Positions 23,935 through 38,100 of a DNA stretch of 64,000 nt are shown piece after piece. Source of the DNA: Marsupella aquatica. Its lineage: Eukaryota; Plantae; Marchantiophyta. The position numbers and the translations under genes are program-made. The notes beneath the pieces are model-generated. The model searched no databases, was not told where the DNA came from, and worked only from the letters and a program-made list of their open reading frames with translations. The stretch's first letter is position 1, and each line of letters starts with the position of its first letter. Location of the stretch: assembly GCA_973895155.1 (NCBI GenBank), contig OZ316893.1, positions 11,041,660 through 11,105,659 on the forward strand, in the 5' to 3' direction.

Positions 23935-24711
23935 ATGGAAGCAGTCATGAGGAAGCAGAGTATGGTGAAGGTTCAGCTCCTTTTCGTCGTAGCTGCTGTT
24001 TTGGGTTCAGGTTTGAGAGGAGCTGCTGCTGCTGCCACTGCTGCTGCTACTGCTGCTGCTGCGGAGCAAAGAAAGGAAAGAAACGATGTGTGGAAGTACA
24101 TTCAGATACACTCGTGGCTCATGTGGGTCTCGATGGGGTTCCTGTTTCCACTGGGAGCCATCATCGTCCGCTTCAACCGATCTCTAGTAAGCGATACCAA
24201 TTCGGCTGTTTCTCCGGCTCGAGTCCGTCTGTTACTGTATCTCCACACCTCCGTGCAATGTGGGGGCGTTGGAAGTGCGACGGCAGGGATTGCGATTCTG
24301 ATCAAAAAATTCGGAGCGAGCTTCGACCACACGCACATGCGGTTGGGGCTAGCGCTGTGGATCATCGTCATGGCGATGCCTGTCATCAGCACAGTGCGGC
24401 CTGCGAAGGGGACGCAGTGGAGGCGGTACTGGCTCTTCGTTCACTGGCTCTTCGGCACGGGAGTGGTCATCTTGGGGATCGTCAACTGCTACATTGGCAT
24501 TGGAATCTACCAGCGTTTCCACGGTAGTATCAGATCCCTCAACACTGCATTCTCTGTACAAGTGGCTGTCATGGCTCTAGTCTATTTCTTGCAGGACCGC
24601 TTGAGCTACATCTTACGCCAGGGATCAAACGAAATTTCCAAGTTCCCTGGCAAGGTTGCAAATCATCAGAATCTGTTCAAGACAGATTCGTTGCCTGCAG
24701 ACACAGTTTGA
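23935..24711 (+). CDS. Cytochrome b561 domain-containing membrane protein without a DOMON domain (At4g18260-like), single exon
   Basis: The ORF is open from 23806. The likely start is the ATG at 23935 or a nearby downstream ATG before the signal-peptide-like VKVQLLFVVAAVLG. Four heme-ligand His in context: IHSWLMWVSMGFLFPLG, YLHTSVQ, HTHMRLG and FVHWLFG. It also has an RPxKG loop, about five TM helices and a GCT-encoded poly-Ala tract at ~24022-24063. Confidence 0.9.
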   Translation: MEAVMRKQSMVKVQLLFVVAAVLGSGLRGAAAAATAAATAAAAEQRKERNDVWKYIQIHSWLMWVSMGFLFPLGAIIVRFNRSLVSDTNSAVSPARVRLLLYLHTSVQCGGVGSATAGIAILIKKFGASFDHTHMRLGLALWIIVMAMPVISTVRPAKGTQWRRYWLFVHWLFGTGVVILGIVNCYIGIGIYQRFHGSIRSLNTAFSVQVAVMALVYFLQDRLSYILRQGSNEISKFPGKVANHQNLFKTDSLPADTV

Positions 24712-25596
24712 TCGATCACTCAGTGGCTAGTGGAGATGGGGCACGAATGATGACCTCCCCACTTCATGGTCTTGAAAGGCGACTACTTGAGCACAGGATG
24801 TTATGTACGAAATGTAGTCTGGATGACGAATTGAACAGACACTGAGCAGCAGACTACTTAGGTGCGAATGGAAGTCTTTCAACCAGCGTTCACTCATTTG
24901 TTATGGCAAGAGACGAAAAGGCCATCATTTTGCCGAAAATGCTGCATACCACTGAGTTTTTTCTACATTGAAGGGATTCCGAGGAAACAGAAGCAAGCTC
25001 ACGCAAGTGAAATGATGGGTTTCCTATGTTTCAGATGCATGTTTAGCCAAATTTCATGAGGAAGTAGACAGTGAATTTGTGACGAAATGGTTCAGTGATA
25101 GCATTGTTTCTTGGTTTGGAAGCAAATCCCCCTGTGTTTTTATTATCTTTGTATTTGTTGGGACCTTTGCATCAAATGTTGGGAGCTCTGTGGAGCACAA
25201 ATGCTTGCAACTTATTACATAATGCCGTCACCGTCATGTCATAGGCTCTCATCTTGAAATGGAAGCCTTCATTTGATTGTTTCTTAAATTTGGCTCTTGC
25301 CCAATTTAATAACACTGCGTCGTGCTCAATAAATCTGCTGTACTTAGGCAGACGCCGATAACCCTTGGAAACGGGCACTCTGAATGTGAGTATGTATTCA
25401 TTGCGTGATGTGATAGATAAAATCATGACTGTGCAGGGGCAAATGAGTTTTTAGGGGTATGTCCTTGTTGGAAGCGGGGATATACCTTGTAGGCTTTCTC
25501 AACTACTTCTAATTATTGCAGTCCAGAGAGGCTCTTGTTCTATCACAGTGTAACTCAGAATAGTCCTGATTAATCCATCTGGGTTGTTGCAAGGTG

Positions 25597-28153
25597 TGTA
25601 TGGACGGTCCATACATTAAAGAGTATTATAATACACAGTTGCATTTTTTTTGGCCCTGGTCCTCATTCGAAATGGACGCAGCATTCTGGGTGGAAAAAAA
25701 AATGGACACTGAAAAAAAGTGGAAGCTATAAACAGCAAAAAAATACACCCTTCCAAAAGCACAAAAGGTCTAGCGCCTCGACTCCATGGTGCCCCAATAA
25801 GCCCTGACGAGCCCTCACAAGCCTAACTGTGTCGTGATCTCACTCCCTCCCCAACGACCCCAGATGACCTTGCTCCCTCCTCTGATCCCTCCCCTGACAA
25901 GATCCAGCTAGCCCACTGTCTGTGACCCTCCCTCCTTGCCCCAACTCCTGCTTCCTCCCCTTGCCCGCCTTCCATTGCCTCCCACCCCTTGCCTTGCCCC
26001 CCCTACCTCGACCCCGCTCCCTCAAATCACCTCCTCCTTGCCCTGCCCTCCCTCCACTTGCACTCCCTCCCCTCGCCCTTGCTTGCCTTCCCTTTCCTCC
26101 CTTGCCTCCAGCTCCCTCGACTTGGTCTTGCCTTGCTTGAGTCTCCTCCTCCTCCTCCTCCTCCTCCTTTGCTCCAGCCCCACCCTGCCCTGCGCTCTGT
26201 CCTGCCCTTCCTCACCGGCCCAGAACGAATGTCGTCGACACAGAAGTCTCAAGCAATTTATCATCTGCAAATAGAATTAGGCAAGGATTATTGCATAGCT
26301 GGAAAATTAATGGACAGTGCTGAAACTACACTAGATTTCAACTCTGGTCAACAAGTTCTTACAAGCTAGGGGAAGGGTACAAATATTCTGAATATATTGT
26401 TTCATTGTTAGTGATTGAGGTAAGTGATACATAACATGGTGTACAAGATGGTGACAAAGAAAACCCAGTCAAACCATAGAGCATTTAGTATCTATGAATA
26501 GACATTTTACAGGCATTGTTAACCATAATGCCCCCAAAATAAGGGTTTAACTCTCAAAACTTGATCCAAATGTTGAATGTGCATTTTCATTCACTAAGCT
26601 AGGAAAACGATGAGAAATAGGTTATCTTATGGGAAGGCCACTATAAAGGCCAGTAGAAAGGCCTTAATTGCTTCTAGCTCATTACCCATGCCTAGCAGAA
26701 AACATGTCATGTCATCTAAAATCTTATTATGTGAAAGATACCATTTGTAGTCAAGCATCTTTGGCATACATCTTTGACATATTAACAAAATCTTTCTGTT
26801 TCATTATATCTTTGACATAAGGATATATTATTACTTGAATACTTATCTTTATTTCATGACATTTATAGCAACACAATTTCTTTATTCCCAACACATTTTT
26901 TTCATGACCACATCTTCCACATGACATCTTAGGTGACATGACATTTTTTATTATGAGCATACAACTGTGAATATAATTTTACCTTGAACAAGTAGTTGTG
27001 TAGACAACAAATTAGATATTTCATGCACAGTACCATGTAAGGTCCATGTTGGTTATACTACCATCGACCACTACATAAAGTGTGTTTTTGTACATTGGCA
27101 AGCACCAGCGGGAGTGAATTTGCAAGCCTCAGGACCTTATAAAAACACATGTTGGTTACACTGTAGGCCAGTACATAAAGTGCCTTTTCGGCCATGGATG
27201 GAGCAAGTAGAAGGGGAATTACATTCGCATGACCCAGGAGGTACACTTAGTTTATGGTACCTTACAAAGTACATGTTCATCAAACTGTAGGCCAGTACAT
27301 AAAGTCACTTTCTGGGATGGAGCAAGGTAAAGGGGAATTACACTGGCATGCGAGGCTTTTAACTTTGGCACGTAGCCAGTACAAATGGAAGTACATTGGC
27401 AGAAGAGCTTTTGGCTTCTTGGGAAGTGAAAGGGTTTTAAAACTGGGTAATTTTATTCTTCCTACTTTTTCTCTGTTTTTTAGCATATGGAAAGGGAAAA
27501 CAGAGGGGGGAGGGGGAAGGAGTGGCAAGGGAGGGTGCAAGGAGGGAAGAAGAGAAGGGGAAAACATGAAAAGTTTCAAAGGAAAAATACAGAGAGAGAG
27601 AGGAGGGGGGGGGGGGGGGGGGGGGGGGGCGGTGTGCAAGGAGGGAAGTTCCCTCCAACCCTTTTAGTCAGGTCAAGATATAAAGTTTGCAATCAGGTTG
27701 AATTTAGGGTTAATCCATCAAACTAATTGCACAACCACTTCAAATCAGAAAAAATAGGTCTACATGTCAAAACATAGACTTCCAACTCCAATTCATGAGT
27801 TGTCCTATTCACATCCACATTCAATGGGAATCAAGTGAAAAAAATCGTGCTGGGCTTTGAGTGAAGCGTGTAACCTCTAGACAAAGTTACTTTTGGACAA
27901 AGTGAGAGCAAAGTGAATTGTGGTGGGTAGGTGAGAGTAAATGGTAGTCCACTTTCAATTGTCCACTTGGGTAAAGAAAGTGCATGGAGGTGAACTATCA
28001 CTGGACACTTTGGATACATAAGGTGAAAAGAGATATGTAGTAAATAAACAGCAGCTATCAAGGGGAAAGGAAACTTACTTTTAGTGATGGGTGGGTAAGA
28101 GCAAATATTGTTGTACTGCAATCATCCACTTTGGTAAATATAGTGGACGGTGA
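25597..28153. mobile_element. Putative non-autonomous TE island with terminal hairpins
   Basis: CpG-poor, low-complexity block containing a pyrimidine tract (25840-26215), degenerate repeats (27070-27400) and G25 (27605-27629). It is bounded by the palindrome TGTATGGAC-G-GTCCATACA and a hairpin at 28121-28151. Class unknown. Confidence 0.4.
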
Positions 28154-29147
28154 TATATAATTATGCAGGAGCAAGAAACTGACCCAATAGACATTAGTGG
28201 GATGAAAACATTCCTGAGTCATCTGATACTACAGAATCCAATGACCATTTTCGCTGACAAGTTGAAGTCTTGTTGACTAACATCTTGATATTTCAAAACT
28301 AGAAAAATGAAATTTAGATAAATTATTTGTGTTCTACGTTATGACTTTTTGCAAGACGATGCATCAACCGGATTCTCCGTACCTGATTTTGGATCTGTAA
28401 TAACACCAACAAGAAGCCACGCAGCCAACCTGAACAGTAGCATATAACCAAAAAGGGAAAATCTGACACTACTAACAATCCGGCCAGCTATAGCTACCAG
28501 GGAAATACGATCTTCAAGGTTCCACGAAGACAACCTTCTTTCTCCATTCCTCCCTTTTGAATGATACTGTGCCGATTCTTGGTTGCAGCTCAGTCAAAGG
28601 CCATTCACCTAAGTCAGGGGCAGTCTTCAATGTTGCCATCCAAACATAAAAAATGCACGGGGTAAGTGGATTCTGATGCCTTTTCCCCACCAGAGCAATC
28701 CACTCATCATCATCTACAATCGGGCAACCACCTCTGCTATTGAGCAACCACCTCGAAGGTCGTACCGCAACCTTTTGTGTCAGAAGCAGCTGCTCCGGTG
28801 TCTTACCAGACTTCATCACAGCACTCATGAGCTGCTGAATCATTCCATCAGATTCGAAAAACCCACTGTTAAGGCAAGTGAAGGTGTACTCATTTCACCT
28901 ACCTAGATTATGTCATACTTGGTCTAAGATTTTCTTCTGATTCTATCCCCCTACTACGTGAATCGAAACATTCTGTCTCCGAAGCTAACTCCGGACCGAA
29001 AGCTATACATCCTCGACACAAAGCTATGAGCTCCTGTCACCTGTAGATCTTAGGCCTACTCAAGCTCGATCACAATGTACCGTTACCGTCGCGATAGGCA
29101 TAGCATCGAGACTGGACCCTTTGCCCCAAGCCAAAACTTGGTGATGG

Positions 29148-32100
29148 TCAAACCCAAGCACCCCAGCCTGGAAACAACTGACTCAGCCTCTCTGGATCCT
29201 GCGCATCTTGTATCAATTGTTGAACCTGCAGTGACAAAAATGCATCAAAGGTACCCTTTACTGATTTTTGTAATGAACACTGGGCACCCGACTGGCTTAA
29301 CTAGAAATGCGTCTTTCGGTCCAAAATAATGCGCCCTCTTCGCGGGTCACCTTCCAGTAATATCGCAATTTGAAGTATCTAAAACTCCTCTCAAGAATTG
29401 TTAATAAAAAGCGGACTTGTCGGCTGCCTACCTGTCCGTGAAGACTTCTCATTTCGCCTTCCTCGTAGCCATCGAGCTTTTGTTTTACACGGAAGAGAGC
29501 ACGGGCAGCATCTTTGTTTCCTTCCATCTCAACGATAGTATTGGCATCTGGATTGCTGTCATCAAGGTCCTCCAATTCCTGCCATTTGTTCATAACAAGA
29601 TGAGAAATAACCTGTGCTGCCTTGTGGCCGGAGGACTTGGGAAGAAGAGATAAATGAGCATTTGAGTTTCGAAGATAATTGTTTCTATTCAAAAGATAAG
29701 ACTGAAGAACCTCACAAGAGTCTGCAAAAGAAGAATGTCTCAAAGAAAAACTACAAATGTGGAGGATGTCTACTGACAAGAAACCATTGAAGACCTTACA
29801 GAAGTTCAGTAAAAGTACCTGCTGCCTTTGCAATGCTTTAAGAGGTGACAAAGCCCAATTGTAAAGAGGATCATGAATAAAAACCTGTAAAAGTGTTCAT
29901 GAGTTTCTGTCAAGGTTACAGGAAAGAGACATCTAAAATTTAGAAATACCACTGCCAGGTGTATCTCACCAAAATTAGAATGTTTACAGAATGTTATTAA
30001 GCTTGGTGAAGATTCAAGAGTTATGTGTACTGCCGACATCATGATTGGTATCTATAGTCGGACAGCTTGGATTGATGGACTGGTCCGCCAATCTCAGAAG
30101 ACGTTAAATCGATATGTCTCAAATATTCGCGGTTGGAACGTTATATGAGCTACCTCAATAATAGTCAACAATGCTTCTTTATTTGTCCGCAGGACAGTAA
30201 GAGTTGCTTCGCAGCATCGTCTAAAGACGCCTTCAACTCCAGTTACTCCCATGCCATCAACTACATCCCTTGTGAGTCGAAAGGGAATCTGCATGAACAA
30301 ATTTATCAGAACATGTTTTCATTCACAATTTGCGCATCAACAATTATGATCCATGAATTCATGCGTCCTACGAAGATTGAAAAGAAATGATTACGGTGTG
30401 CCTCTGGGGGTTTCGCGGACGACTAGTTGGTGCAACGATCATGTTTATGAAGCCAACATTCTCTGATTCTTGTACCAGATGACAAGATCTGACACCAATT
30501 ACTCTGCTCGATTGGAGTTTCCTTCAGTGAGGGGTCTACATACCCGTTCTGGGGTCTTGAGCATCAATCCCTGCTCAAAGGCCACTCCAAGGTCGATATG
30601 CACAACCTCGGCCGTAGCTTGATCCAATAATATATTCAGAGAATGTCTATCTCCGAGTCCGACGATATATCCCACCTGCAGGCACAAAACTAATTAAAAC
30701 GCTTTACGGGCTATAGTCTTAATCACAATGGTAAGCTGTTAGAAGAATTGACAGACACTTCCGCCTAACTGATGATTTTTTACCAGTGCATCCACGAGTA
30801 CATTGAGCGTGCCAGGCTCGAGTTAATTGGTTCATTTTCCCAAAAGAATTTAGGGACTTGTTTTCACCGTCCCCTAATATATTCAAGCTATGCAACAATT
30901 TCGAAATTGTCCAACTAGCATAGAGCATCACGCTTCCTCTCAATAGAGACCGACGGCTGAGCTCATGCATCTTTGAACCAGAGAGTTTGGGCTTTGTGTA
31001 AACCCTGACATTTGAGTTGTACAGGGAGAATATTACCATGGAGCTCGTTGCTACGCTCCTTGTGTAGGCAAGTCTCTTCTCAAACCAGACTTCAGCCTGT
31101 GCGAATTTCTCGAGAAAAAAATTATGCATGACAGGGCTGTACAATCGAACAGACCGTTAGACCCAACTTCCAGATCGCTGAAATGCAAGACAAGCAAGCC
31201 ACAGGAACCACTATGACGTGTATTTAAGTGTCTCCATCATATCTGTACCAACTTCATTACTAATCCAGGAAGAGCGATCTCACCGGAAATTTTGGAGAAC
31301 TGTATCAAAACCACTTCGCTTGTTCTTTTCCTGCATTAGATACATCAACAGATTGGTTCCCGGATCTTAAATATTGCCTGATGAGCTAAGCGTGTGCAGT
31401 TGTTGCTCAACATAAACTTAACTGAAGAACTGATGCATTTGTCAGATTCTTCAATGCTAGTCGTTCATCGGTGTCCAAACCATCGTTTCCACACCTGCCT
31501 GTACGGTGCGGACAAAATTTCATCTTCGTAAACTACTAAACCAGCAGATAAATTGGATTTGGACTCTTACTGTGCACATATGTTCACGGCACGCCAAAAA
31601 TGACCAATCATCGCCACCGTACCGACCATGAGCACCTCCCAAACGATTCCTGTCGTACACAAGGGGTCATTAATGAATCATACAACCAAGTTGGACAGCG
31701 CACATGAGACCGTATTGATAAATTTATTGAAAAAATGGACGCGCTAAATAGATCCAGATTTCATGTGTGAATAAGAAACTTCGATGAAAATATGGACGGA
31801 CTTACGGTCCTAACAGGTACTCTCCAATGGGAATTGTTCCATCCACCCACTCCAGCACACCTGCACTCGGTGTGAAAGGGACAACCTTGTCCAACAAACC
31901 AAGAACTTAGTGTTCCAATCTTGAAATCTAGGAGAGACTCAAAGACCTCCAGGTTGACTCGAATTCAAAACTGGATTCCATTCTAAACTTATGTTTCAAA
32001 TTTCTCCTGGACAAGACAAGCACATGTAATACTGTACCTTGTACGTCCGAATTCGAAGATTCCGCTTTCGTGTGTCCGGGTGAGCTTGCAAGAGCTCATT

Positions 32101-35100
32101 AACTAGACCAAACAGCTGCTCCATGACCTGCACAGCCGTCCACGAGAACGAAAATTCAGGAGCTAGTAGAAAGTGGGATAAAGGGATAATTTTTCTCCTT
32201 TTGGCATCCGTGGAGCAGGTGTCGGGGATATGTTTTGAGAAGAAATATCAACTGGATTTGCTTTACACGAAGAGTAGTTCGGAATACGACGTGACACCTG
32301 AATTATAATTTGCTCATATTTGTTGTCCCTTGCTGCTATTTTACCATGCTATTACTTTTACTCATGATTTTATTATGTTTCTGATAGAAGACTGCTCACC
32401 GCATCCTGCCGGAGGTCGTCGTTGCCAGACTTGGCAAGCTGACGATACTTGTTACCATCAGAGCCAAGACATTCAATATATTTGGGGGCATTGATTCCAT
32501 TCATAATCCTGACGAATGGACCCTTGGTTAGTCCGTATCAAAGATCAGGAAACTTTGCAGGTCAAGCTGACATTTGTAATCTGATAGACAAACAGAACAA
32601 AAACAAGGGAAAGACGAAGGAAAGACGAAGGAAGAAACATGGAAATTATTTGTTTATCTTCACAGCGACGGGAATTTGAGTGCTAGAGTTCATACTTGAT
32701 GCCTTCAGAGAATCCTTTGAAGTGAGGAAAGCTATCTTCCTGATACTGGCAGCTGAAATCAACTGGGACCTGGGCTGTAACCACAGGGACCTACCAAGTC
32801 CATGAATGATTAGCTGCTGAACTTATTGAGATGATCGAATTCACTGCATAATATTCATAGTGCACAATCTGAGCTATGTTCTACTCCTACACCTCAAGTT
32901 TCCTTACCAGCTCAAGTTGGCGGGTGTTGCGGATCTCTCTGGGAATAGGTAGCTTCTTGTTGGCATCCTAGGAGCATCAATTTCCGTTAATCAGAAACTA
33001 TTAGAACTAATTCTTGAGACTCCACAAAAAGGCAATTAGCAGTCACAGGTCAAAACGTGAATGAGAATACAGCTAGCTGGAAGGCTATAAATTTTTAGAA
33101 ATAGTACCTTTGGAGTGGGTTCCATTTCAGCTAGTCGTATGTAAATCTCTATCATCCTTTTTATCTGCATCACCTCCATTTGATTACGCTGATATTCAGA
33201 AAATTCTGGACTCCAGTAGACGCAGAGCACCAGAAGGCAATATGCAAAATATGAAGGAGAACGGTTTATCTGGAGGTCCCCAAACTTGCAAACACCTTCA
33301 TCACCGGAAATTCTCCCACCTGTGAGAGCACACCAGAATGTCTGGCTGCCAGGCTACCCAGCAATTCCTCAGCAGCCCGCTTCTTTTCCATGTCCACTAT
33401 AAACACGTTCTTTCCTCTTTGCTTGTCCTTGACACGGTCACCATTTGCCAAGGCAAATAACTGCACAGGAGCCACATCCATCATATAATAAAGGAATCGC
33501 GCGTTGAGTCGGTACTTCCACCTAGTCAGTCTGCATTTCTGCAATATTTTGATCCATTGTTGTGCTCGTCCTTGGAAATTGAAAAAGGATTACGTCCTTT
33601 TCTCCCAATAACTTCATAACACTCTAGCTAAAAACCCTGAGGAAGCCCCAACTTGGAGTAAATCGCTGAGTAAGTAAAGAAAGTATTACCTGATAGAGAG
33701 AATGGTATGGATGTTCTGTAGCCATTTTCCGCAAAAGAAATGTCAAAGCTGTCTGCAGGAGTCACCAACGCATCTATCTGTTGGCATCAAAGTGGAACAT
33801 TTGTTGTAGCAATCCCAACGAGGAAACTAAACTAACGAGTATCAAGGTTAACGAGCTCTCAGATCTTGTAAAACCCAATCTTAGGATTTGGAAGTGAAAA
33901 GATGTTATCACCTGAAAGCTGTTATGCCCTGGAAGCTCTTTCGAACCATCTTTCGAACTGCCCAATCTGGACGCTATTTGGTACACAAGAGGGAGGAATT
34001 TGTAGGACTGGACCTGCAGATATCAGCGCTCGTTCAGCAGGATTCCCAAGAAAGAAGTTGCGGAAAAAATGATTTTTGATTCCATAGTAAACACCGTTGC
34101 ATGGGTAAACAAAGAATAGAAATAGGACTTTAGACCTTTTCAACTGTTTCGAGCATGGCCTCCATGACATGTTCATTTGTCGAAAGGTTGAACCATAGAG
34201 ATATTAGTCGAAACACCTGCTTTCAATTTTATCACACAAAGTCAACACAACAAGGACAAACGTTTCTCCTTGAAGGTCTGACATAAAAATCAAATTTCAG
34301 TAGCTCTAGTACTCGTATCACTGCTTCAGAATCTGACCGTGTCCCCCGCAACATGTCAAAATCAACTGTTAATCACGTTGAGAGCTGTAGTTACCACTGT
34401 AGCTTCATCCTACTGTAGCTTCATCCTACTGTAGCTTCATCCTAGTTAGAACGTAATCGCTTTTCTCTGAGCATGCCTACTATATGTGATCTGCTAACAT
34501 GAAATATGTACTCATTGGCAAGCAGAACCTGCGAAATAAAACCTCATTCGCAAAATGAACCACAGGATTCAGTTCTCTAGAAGAATCTTCAGGAAAACCA
34601 TTTTGATGAATGAATCTGCGATCTCAATATAACCAACAGATATCCCACTTACCACTCTCAAGTCATACTTGTCGCTGATACACAAGCAAGAACGATAGTT
34701 TTCCAGCGCGATGCTCAGAAAATGATCTCTATCATTCTGCGCACAAATTAGCCAAACACTTCTTAGAAACATTCACCAAATGACAAGACTATCCTAATCC
34801 ATATAGCATACCTGCAACACAAACTAAAGTCATAAACATTATTCTAATGAATTTCCCTAATACTTTAAACACTAAAAGTTCCGATAGCTTTAGGGGGTTA
34901 CAGGAAGAAACCTGCAGGTGCTGAGCTTCCTCAGAGTCAATTGTAAGTTGCTTATGTAGCTCCACCAATTTGATTGAGTACTCTTTTATTTTCACTGGGT
35001 CCTCGTGCGGATCTACCTAGGAAAACAAACATCACCAAGCTTTACTCGAGTTTTGCTTGTCAGAATCAAACATAATCTATACAGACAGTTTTTATCTTCG

Positions 35101-38100
35101 CGGGAAACTCGAACAACTCAAGCCAGGTCTTACCCTAAGAACACATAGACGCTCCTTTAATGCTTCATATTCCCTTGCCTGCACACAGTTCCAAACCACG
35201 TTGGGAGTTAGATTAGGAAGCAAAACCGCCCTCCAACATAGTCACAGAAGCTGACTATCTTCAAGGAAGGCTTCAGTCACCAGGAAGATTAGAGCCCCTG
35301 TTCAAGGATTCTCAAAGCCAGGCCCCTTAGAAGCTTAGCTGCTTTCATGGCCAAGGTTTGCCGGGTTACGAATAATCCTCACACACAGCTGGTTTCCATA
35401 TAGGAAAGAAAGTGTTGTCACCTTATGGTGCCTTAATCGCAGAGCTGATTGCCATTCCCTGGACGTCAGCCGGTCTTGATGATTTCGATACAGCGCATCT
35501 GAATAATGAGCCAGACGGAAATGTGTCCGACCCCTCCTGGTTGTCCTCTTGTGGTCACTCCCTTCTCCGGTTTGGGATATAGCCAGTTCCACTGCCTCCT
35601 TAAGGTAAGAGTCCAAAATAACTCGAGAGCTGTGAAATTTTGACAGCACAGGAAGGTAATGAGGAACAGAGTTCAGAGAGACGTTGCTCCTCATTTATCA
35701 AAGGCTGCAACAGAACCCTCTCTTTGCCTTGCTTGCTGTTCATAATCACCGCAAGAATTTGATTTGCTACCTGTAAATTCTTTTGTTTATATTGGTTTAA
35801 TATATGAGTAAAGTCGTTACCTGCTGGACCTTGTCTCAGCTAACCATTTTCCTGTCAAGGAGAGAAGTAAAGCTAAATCCGTCCCATCGCTCTTAAGCTT
35901 GAGCACATATTTTGCAAGATTGACCGCCATTTCTTGATGTCCTTCAGCCCACAATATCTTTGCCTCCTCAACCTGCTCACTCAACACAAACCCAAGACGT
36001 TATCGCGTGTTCAACCACGTGGAGCAAGCATCCCTTGGACTAAGTCTCAAGCTCTCGAGGCACAAGCAACAATTCAATAACGCTTGAGGGCATCAATCAA
36101 AGTTCCACAGATAACTGAACTACAAGAAGGGCAGTCATTACCCGACCAGCCACGCAGTATCTGGATGATAATGGTTGCAGAATGCGATGCATTCTGGCAT
36201 CTGACGTCCCCACTGTCTCAGAGCAGATAGACTTCAATTCGTGAATCGCAGTTCCAGCATGATTAAGCCTACCAGCCTGCCAATACACTGGTCAAGTCAA
36301 CATTGACAGGTATATTCATGTCTAAGTTTTGAGTTTCAGGAAAGCTCTTAAGATCATAACTTTAAAAGTAATACAGGTTATGAAGGATCGTATTTCACTG
36401 CAGGGAGACTACTGCGTTCTTTTTATCAAGCAAAACAGCACAGTACCATTTCACATTGATGATGACTAACGATGCAAACTAATAACCACTACGCCAGCTT
36501 CGATGCATGATGTGAATGATATTGTGCGCCTCCGATCATTTCTCAGCTGGGCCGTACGTGACATGAGTGCTCAACCATGAGCCAACTAAAACAGTCCTCA
36601 ACAAGTGTCACTCAGTCCGACCTTGGTTGAGAGGTTGATTGCCGTTAAACGAACACTGTGGACATATAGGGAGGGTTATGAGGAAATGAAAGCGTCAATA
36701 GACTTGAGCCCTCCTTACAAGACTGCACTTGCCGAATCTGTATACCTTCCGAGAAAAGCTGCCAAATTGAAGAAGATGTTGAGGTATGTGGTCACGTAAG
36801 TCCAGCAACTCCAGGAGAACTTTATGGACAGCGATATATGGTTCAGCCAACTCATAATGACCTTGCATCTGTTTCAGATTGTCTTGCCAGGATTCCTCAA
36901 ACGATGCAATCTGCAAAAACAACCAAATTTACAACTGGGTCAAATATTAGGAACTCCTTGGTACAATTCGTCGCAATATCGTCCTGGAACAAAACCTGAT
37001 CTACCCTGGAAAGCAAACTGGTGCATGCACCTAGAAGCACCGTAAGTAGCCATCGAAGTATTCAAGGTGATCAAGTCAGAACCTGCTCTCTCGATGGATC
37101 CAGTGGACCGTTGACTGTTGATCTGGGATTTTCAGATGGCAGATTGACCATTGAGTGCTTTGACAGGTGTCGTACATTCCATCGCATTTCCCATGCTTGA
37201 GAAACACAGTCCAGGATCTGCGTTTTTGTCCGGAACCCAAAGCGTTTCATCAGAACAACCTTTTTGAACAAATGAAGACAATTTTGAAGTGCACAATACA
37301 ATTGGCAAACACTAACAAATTGAAGTAAATTTACGTACCTGGAGTTTGACTATCAAAGGATTCACATTTTGAGTGCTCTCAATGCTTGTGTGGGCAATAT
37401 GTGTTACAATATCCTACAGTTGAAATATAAAAACAAACATTGTCTGAAAAATCTGGATTTCAATGGTTAGACGGTAGCATTCGAACGACTATTGTTAGCA
37501 AACATTGTATCAATTTGATAGAATTGAAAACTCCAGGTTGTTGGCAACTCTTGTATTGGACAGCGTAAGGACACAAATTCTTCCAATTAAAAAGCTTTTG
37601 AGAGACAAGCTCATCAATTAATAGTAGATTATCATAGTTTCAGAAAGAGAACATGAATCTCGGTCAAAAGGTACCTTTCTGGCCAACTTCAAGGTTGAGA
37701 AATACATCTCAGCGTCACCTTCAATTAATGATTTCAAGGAGCTGCAATCCCGAACGCCAAAGTCATTTCCAGGAGCTCCACGTAAATCTCTCTTGGACAG
37801 CTTTCTTTGCCCCTCGACCTTACATGTAGCTAATGAGTACATCTAACGAAAAAGGATCCTATTGGACCACCTGACCAGAGGAGACATTCAAGGTATTTGA
37901 CATCGGACACGTCTTACGACGCTGCTGGCTCCTGAGCACACATAAAAATGTTGAGCCACAGACTAACTGGTAGTTGTTGAAAATATGACTAATGACGAGG
38001 CTTTAAGCATAAAAGCCAGTATAAGACATCTTCAGTGGGAAGTAAGGTATACCTATATAGATGTTCATGATAGCAAATTCCATTGAATCCAATTCCTGGA

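Noticed and set aside
25840-27726. Pro/Gly/Arg-rich ORFs
   Set aside because: They come from CCT/GGA and poly-G low-complexity tracts inside the TE-like island.
28514-28843. 109-aa minus-strand ORF and possible 3' UTR intron downstream of the ATM stop
   Set aside because: No recognisable domain and ambiguous splice signals. It cannot be supported without RNA data.
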